The notes under the pieces are model-generated. The model searched no databases and had not been told where the DNA came from. It saw only the letters and a list, made by a program, of their open reading frames with translations. The position numbers and the translations under genes are program-made. This document shows, piece by piece, positions 28,444 to 32,000 of a DNA stretch of 32,000 nucleotides. The stretch is from Trichodesmium erythraeum IMS101 (GTDB lineage: Bacteria > Cyanobacteriota > Cyanobacteriia > Cyanobacteriales > Microcoleaceae): the NCBI RefSeq assembly GCF_000014265.1, contig NC_008312.1, positions 2,460,001-2,492,000 of the forward strand, given 5' to 3'. Every line of letters starts with the position of its first letter. The first letter of the stretch is position 1.

Positions 28444-29989
28444 CCAGATATTCACTCTGTCAAAAATTGACGTTTTTTTTTGAGCATAATAATTATTCTT
28501 TTTAGGATGTGGGTTAGCGATATAGCTGCCACCACCATCCTCCGCTAACGCTAATTCACATCACTGAAATTAGCTTGATTTATTATTTAATAATAAAATT
28601 ACATCACATCGTCTTCATTTTAATCAATTAATTTATTTTTAATAATCATATGAATAGCTAGATATTGACTGTAAATAATTAGATATTATCTAAGATTGAC
28701 AGAGCTTTTGATTCCCTTTGATAATCAGACTTTTTTTGATGAATAAGCTTTATTATTCCTTGAACAATGTCAACTAAATAATCCCCAGCAAGTACCCATA
28801 ATTTACCATACATACCTACCCAAAAATTACTATATATTCTATCTATTAATCCTAGTTTTTTTAATCGAAAATATATCTTTTACATCCTAATCTTTTGATA
28901 TAATTACCATGATAAAATTCATCATTTTAAGCAATAGCTCCCAATAGAATTAAATTAGTAAAACGTAGTCAAACGTTGTATATTAGCTTGACTAAATTCT
29001 AGATTATATTCTCCTTTATTACAATCAGAAAACATATTTTCAATACCCATTCTCGACCGATAATTTTTGATAATTTTATCTTTTCAAGATTTATCAACAA
29101 ATACCAAGGTTTTTATCCATTTTATTTTAAATTTTCTTTTCCAATAGGCAGCTAAATTAAAATATATAAATCCTTTTTTGTTAGTAATATTAATGTTACT
29201 TAAAAATATTTAATTTCCCGAATATACGGATAAATTAGTGAATAGCTAGTACTTTTAACCGTTTTTTATATAGTTATTATTAATTTTTTGAGGTATTTTT
29301 AGCTTTTTTAGTCAGTATAATAACTCTACACCATAGAATTTTTTTTCTCCAATAACTAAAAACTTATATTTTTTTTATAACCGTAAAACTGGTTTAATAA
29401 GTCATTTTTTTATGCCAAATTACTAGATTATTTTTTATTCAAAACTAGCCAATAAATAGGTAATTATCGTTTTTTATATATGATAGCAATAACAAAGATA
29501 TTACTATCTTTCCATTGCGTCTTATCTATAGTCAAAATTAATTGGCTACCATCGGGAAATTATGGACTAATAATCATAATTATCATCGGAAAACACAACA
29601 AGGGAAAGCTCAAAAATATAATGTTAAAAATTTTTGTATATGTTTCCGACGACTCTCATATTTAATTGGTAAAGGAAAACAGGCAACTAGTCTTTCTATT
29701 TCAACAGTTTTGTGAACAGTTAATAACCAAACTAAAATTTTTCAAGCTTGGAATTGACCTTCAGTCAAAAATTGTTGAAAATCTGACTCAGATAATGAAA
29801 AAAAATCCATTGGGGTCGGTCTATTTATATAAGTGGACTGACTTTTTTTACCATATAATGTGATTTGTCGCTACCACAAAAGTGGACACAAAAATGGTAA
29901 TGTAGGTTAGCGATCGCTAACCTACATCTCAAAAATAATAATTATCATTCTCAGAAAAAAAGTCAATTTTTGACAGAGTGAATATCCGG
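28444..29989 (-). mobile_element. Decayed IS4-family insertion sequence with ~80 bp terminal inverted repeats
   Basis: The left end CCAGATATTCACTCTGTCAAAAATTGACGTTTTTTTTTGAGCATAATAATTATTCTTTTTAGGATGTGGGTTAGCGAT matches the reverse complement of the right end (CCGGATATTCACTCTGTCAAAAATTGACTTTTTTTCTGAGAATGATAATTATTATTTTTGAGATGTAGGTTAGCGAT). The minus strand carries a stop-riddled transposase relic. Its N-terminal part reads ..LPVFPLPIKYESRRKHIQKFL... Its C-terminal part, KNYRSRMGIENMFSDCNKGEYNLE (about 28990-29075), fits the IS4 Y(2)R(3)E(6)K signature with K replaced by N. I see no clear target-site duplication. Confidence 0.65.
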
Positions 29990-30843
29990 CAAACCACTAG
30001 ATATCAATATGTTCGAGCTACTTTTTACCCCGCGATGTGGTAGAATCACCTTTTGAAAGACTTGATATTCAGTCAAACTCCAATACTTACAAGTTATCAT
30101 TTAGTCAACCAATAATGCAAACACCCTGGCAAACCTTAAGTTTAGGTTTATCTGCAATTAAGCCACATAGTCAAACTTCTATATTAGGAGAGAATTATCC
30201 ATTATCTGAGGGTGCTGATAAAAATGGGGAAACGAAATTATCAATTTTGTAGCTTTTCCCAAATTATGAACTACGGGGAAAAAATCAAGTTTTGGCGTTT
30301 AATTCTCAGTTGAATGTAGGGTTGGGAATATTAGATGCCACAAAAAATAGTAATGAACCAGATAGTCGATTTTTTTATTGGCTGGGTCAGGGACAATGGG
30401 TGCGTCAGTTAAGCAAAAATACTTTCTTGGTGGTAGGAGCATATCTACAGTTATCCCCATCACATTTAGTGCCTAAAGAAAAGTTTGGTTTAGGGGTTTA
30501 TCAAAGTGTGAGAACTTATCGTCAGGATACTCGTTTGACAGATAATAAAGCGTTGGGAACACTAGAGTTACGGTTGCCAGTACCCTGGATATCTGGAAAA
30601 AATAGATTATTTCAGGTAGTGCCGTTTATTGATGGGGGAGTAGCGTGGAATAGTGATGGTAAAGAGGTGGAAGGAAGTAAGGCTTTGGCGGCGGCCGGGG
30701 TGAGGTTGCAGGTAAATTTATAGGAGAAGATAAATATGCCCTTAGATAATTGAATTCCTTTAGTAGATGTGGGCTCGCCAGATAAAACGGCTCAGGAGGA
30801 AGGGTTTTATTTTTCTTTTTTTACTACTCCTTTTTCTTTTTGA
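29990..30843 (+). pseudogene. 3' part of a decayed TpsB (ShlB/FhaC/HecB-type two-partner-secretion outer-membrane transporter) gene
   Basis: A single frame encodes ..VVESPFERLDIQSNSNTYKLSFSQPI..LSLGL.., ..VVPFIDGGVAWN.., and the family-typical C-terminus ..IPLVDVGSPDKTAQEEGFYFSF..F. It has in-frame stops at 30250 (TAG), 30721 (TAG) and 30751 (TGA). The 5' side is cut off by the IS relic. Confidence 0.65.
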
Positions 30844-30900
30844 TCAGGGAGGTAAACTGATGGGATGAAGCTTAGGTAAGTATGACACACCTAAAAAATA

Positions 30901-30946
30901 AAGTAGGTTGGGTAGAACAAAGTGAGACCCAACACGCCCTTTATTA
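30901..30946 (+). repeat. ~45 bp dispersed repeat, copy 1 (contains the GTTGGGT..ACCCAAC hairpin)
   Basis: AAGTAGGTTGGGTAGAACAAAGTGAGACCCAACACGCCCTTTATT matches the degenerate copy at 31003-31046. Confidence 0.7.
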
Positions 30947-31002
30947 AAGTCAACCCCCCCCCTTTTTTATCCCTCCCCGAGGGAGGGAAGCGAAGAGCTA
31001 AA

Positions 31003-31046
31003 AAGTAGGTGAACGGAACAAAGTGAAACCAAACACCCGCTTTATT
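31003..31046 (+). repeat. ~45 bp dispersed repeat, copy 2 (degenerate)
   Basis: AAGTAGGTGAACGGAACAAAGTGAAACCAAACACCCGCTTTATT is offset 102 bp from copy 1. Confidence 0.65.
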
Positions 31047-31378
31047 GTGGTTTAGTTACCCTTACGCGATAGGGAGGTAGACTGAAATCAACAGTTCAGT
31101 TTTGAACCCAAGTAGCATAAATAAAGACAGTTACAGATTATCATAGATTCTAGGAGATTATAGCTAACAGCTAGTAACCATGCCATACCAACTCCCCTAG
31201 CAACTAGAATTTTTGATTGAACAAGAGGAGAATTACTGGATCAAAATTTATTATTAGGCATGAAAGGTTAGTGTTGCTCAATTGCAAGTATGAAATTCCT
31301 GACTTAAGAAAATATTAGTAACTCGTAAGACGTCCATGCTACTAATGTAACGTACCCACATTCAGCAACACCTCAAAA

Positions 31379-32000
31379 CTAACCGGAAGTTTCCGGAACT
31401 TCTTCTGTTTCCGCTTCTGCTTTTCCAAACACTACTCGCAGTAGGGGAGGCGCTAGAAATGTTGTAAGAATCACCATCAGAATAATTGCCACATCCAAAG
31501 CAGGAGATAAAGCACCACTAGCAGAACCAACAGAGGCAAAAACCAAACCAACCTCACCCCGTGGGACCATACCAACACCAATAGCTAAACGATTAATTGG
31601 ACCCAAACCAAACACACTAAAACCGCAGGCAACCTTACCAACAATAGCAACTGCTATCAAAAAAATTGCAATCACCAAACCTTCACGGTTAGTAGGAATA
31701 GCTGGGTTGAGAACATTTAGATTAGTTTTTGTTCCCACAGTAACAAAGAAAATAGGAACGATCACATCAGAAATAGGACGAATTAGCTCTTCCAACTCCC
31801 GTCCAACTTCTTTTTGATCTAAATTATCTAAAACTAATCCAGCAGCAAAAGCTCCCAATATTGCCTCCAAATGGATAGCAGTACCAATGTAAGCCATAAA
31901 TAATGCGATAGTCAAAGCTGGAATAACTGCCCTTCCTCGGGTTTTAAATTTTTCAGCAAAGAACACAAAACCATCATTAAAGAAACGACCAAGTAAGATC
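31379..32000 (-). CDS. Cation:proton antiporter (Na+/H+ exchanger family, CPA-type), C-terminal part; the 5' end lies beyond the window
   Basis: The open frame runs to the window edge. Polytopic membrane sequence carries Na_H_exchanger-like blocks (..LGAFAAGLVL.., ..PIFFVTVGTKTNL.., ..GMVPRGEVGLVFA..) and an acidic C-terminal tail. Confidence 0.8.
   Translation of the reverse strand, partial: ILLGRFFNDGFVFFAEKFKTRGRAVIPALTIALFMAYIGTAIHLEAILGAFAAGLVLDNLDQKEVGRELEELIRPISDVIVPIFFVTVGTKTNLNVLNPAIPTNREGLVIAIFLIAVAIVGKVACGFSVFGLGPINRLAIGVGMVPRGEVGLVFASVGSASGALSPALDVAIILMVILTTFLAPPLLRVVFGKAEAETEEVPETSG

Noticed and set aside
29480-29863. Two plus-strand ORFs (61 and 65 aa) lie inside the IS relic.
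   Set aside because: They lie opposite the decayed transposase frame, and their translations are AT-driven and unrecognisable.
30037-30723. ORFs 30037-30252 and 30292-30723 were considered as separate genes.
   Set aside because: Both are in the same frame and together form the C-terminal half of one TpsB-type barrel that is interrupted by stop codons.
1-32000. I looked for tRNA, rRNA and tmRNA genes, group II intron domain V, retron/DGR template-variable repeat pairs, and riboswitch cores (for example a TPP or cobalamin box upstream of the ABC permease or cobD).
   Set aside because: A visual scan found no T-loop (GTTCGAATC-like) context with acceptor pairing, no conserved intron or riboswitch core motifs, and no reverse-transcriptase ORF. 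A covariance-model scan (tRNAscan-SE or Infernal) would be needed to exclude them formally.

Overview
This 32 kb window is AT-rich and comes from a cyanobacterium. I counted 19 exact copies of the HIP1 octamer GCGATCGC by eye, far more than chance allows at this base composition. Low GC, low coding density and many gene relics suggest a filamentous marine Oscillatoriales genome such as Trichodesmium, but that is inference only.

Intact genes cover about 17 kb, roughly 54% of the window. They are:
- an orphan type IV pilus secretin (pilQ)
- HU
- CobD threonine-phosphate decarboxylase
- a divergent pyridine-nucleotide disulfide-oxidoreductase homologue that lacks the redox cysteines
- a metallophosphoesterase
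- a cyanobacterial-type Mrp cation/H+ antiporter operon (mrpC-D-E-F-G-A-B, translationally coupled)
- a small RNase D-like exonuclease
- an RTX (hemolysin-type Ca-binding) repeat protein with perfect internal tandem arrays
- an HtrA/Deg protease
- a lone TauC/SsuC-type ABC permease
- a zinc-ribbon Ser/Thr kinase fused to a WD40 propeller
- the 3' part of a CPA-type cation:proton antiporter

The rest is ORF-free DNA that contains recognisable wreckage:
- a 5' relic of a second mrpD
- a nonsense-riddled secreted-protein gene
- a nonsense-riddled HsdR-N-like gene whose promoter and 5' end is tandemly duplicated (249 bp x2)
- a decayed IS4-like element with about 80 bp terminal inverted repeats, inserted into a decayed TpsB (ShlB/FhaC) gene
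- several families of short dispersed or palindromic repeats

I found no tRNA, rRNA, CRISPR array, intron or retroelement. I also do not see a convincing new multi-gene system. The most unusual signals are structural: post-decay duplications, interrupted HIP1-centred palindromes, and relics that keep their reading frame but carry many stop codons. All functional calls rest on motif recognition by eye, not on database searches.
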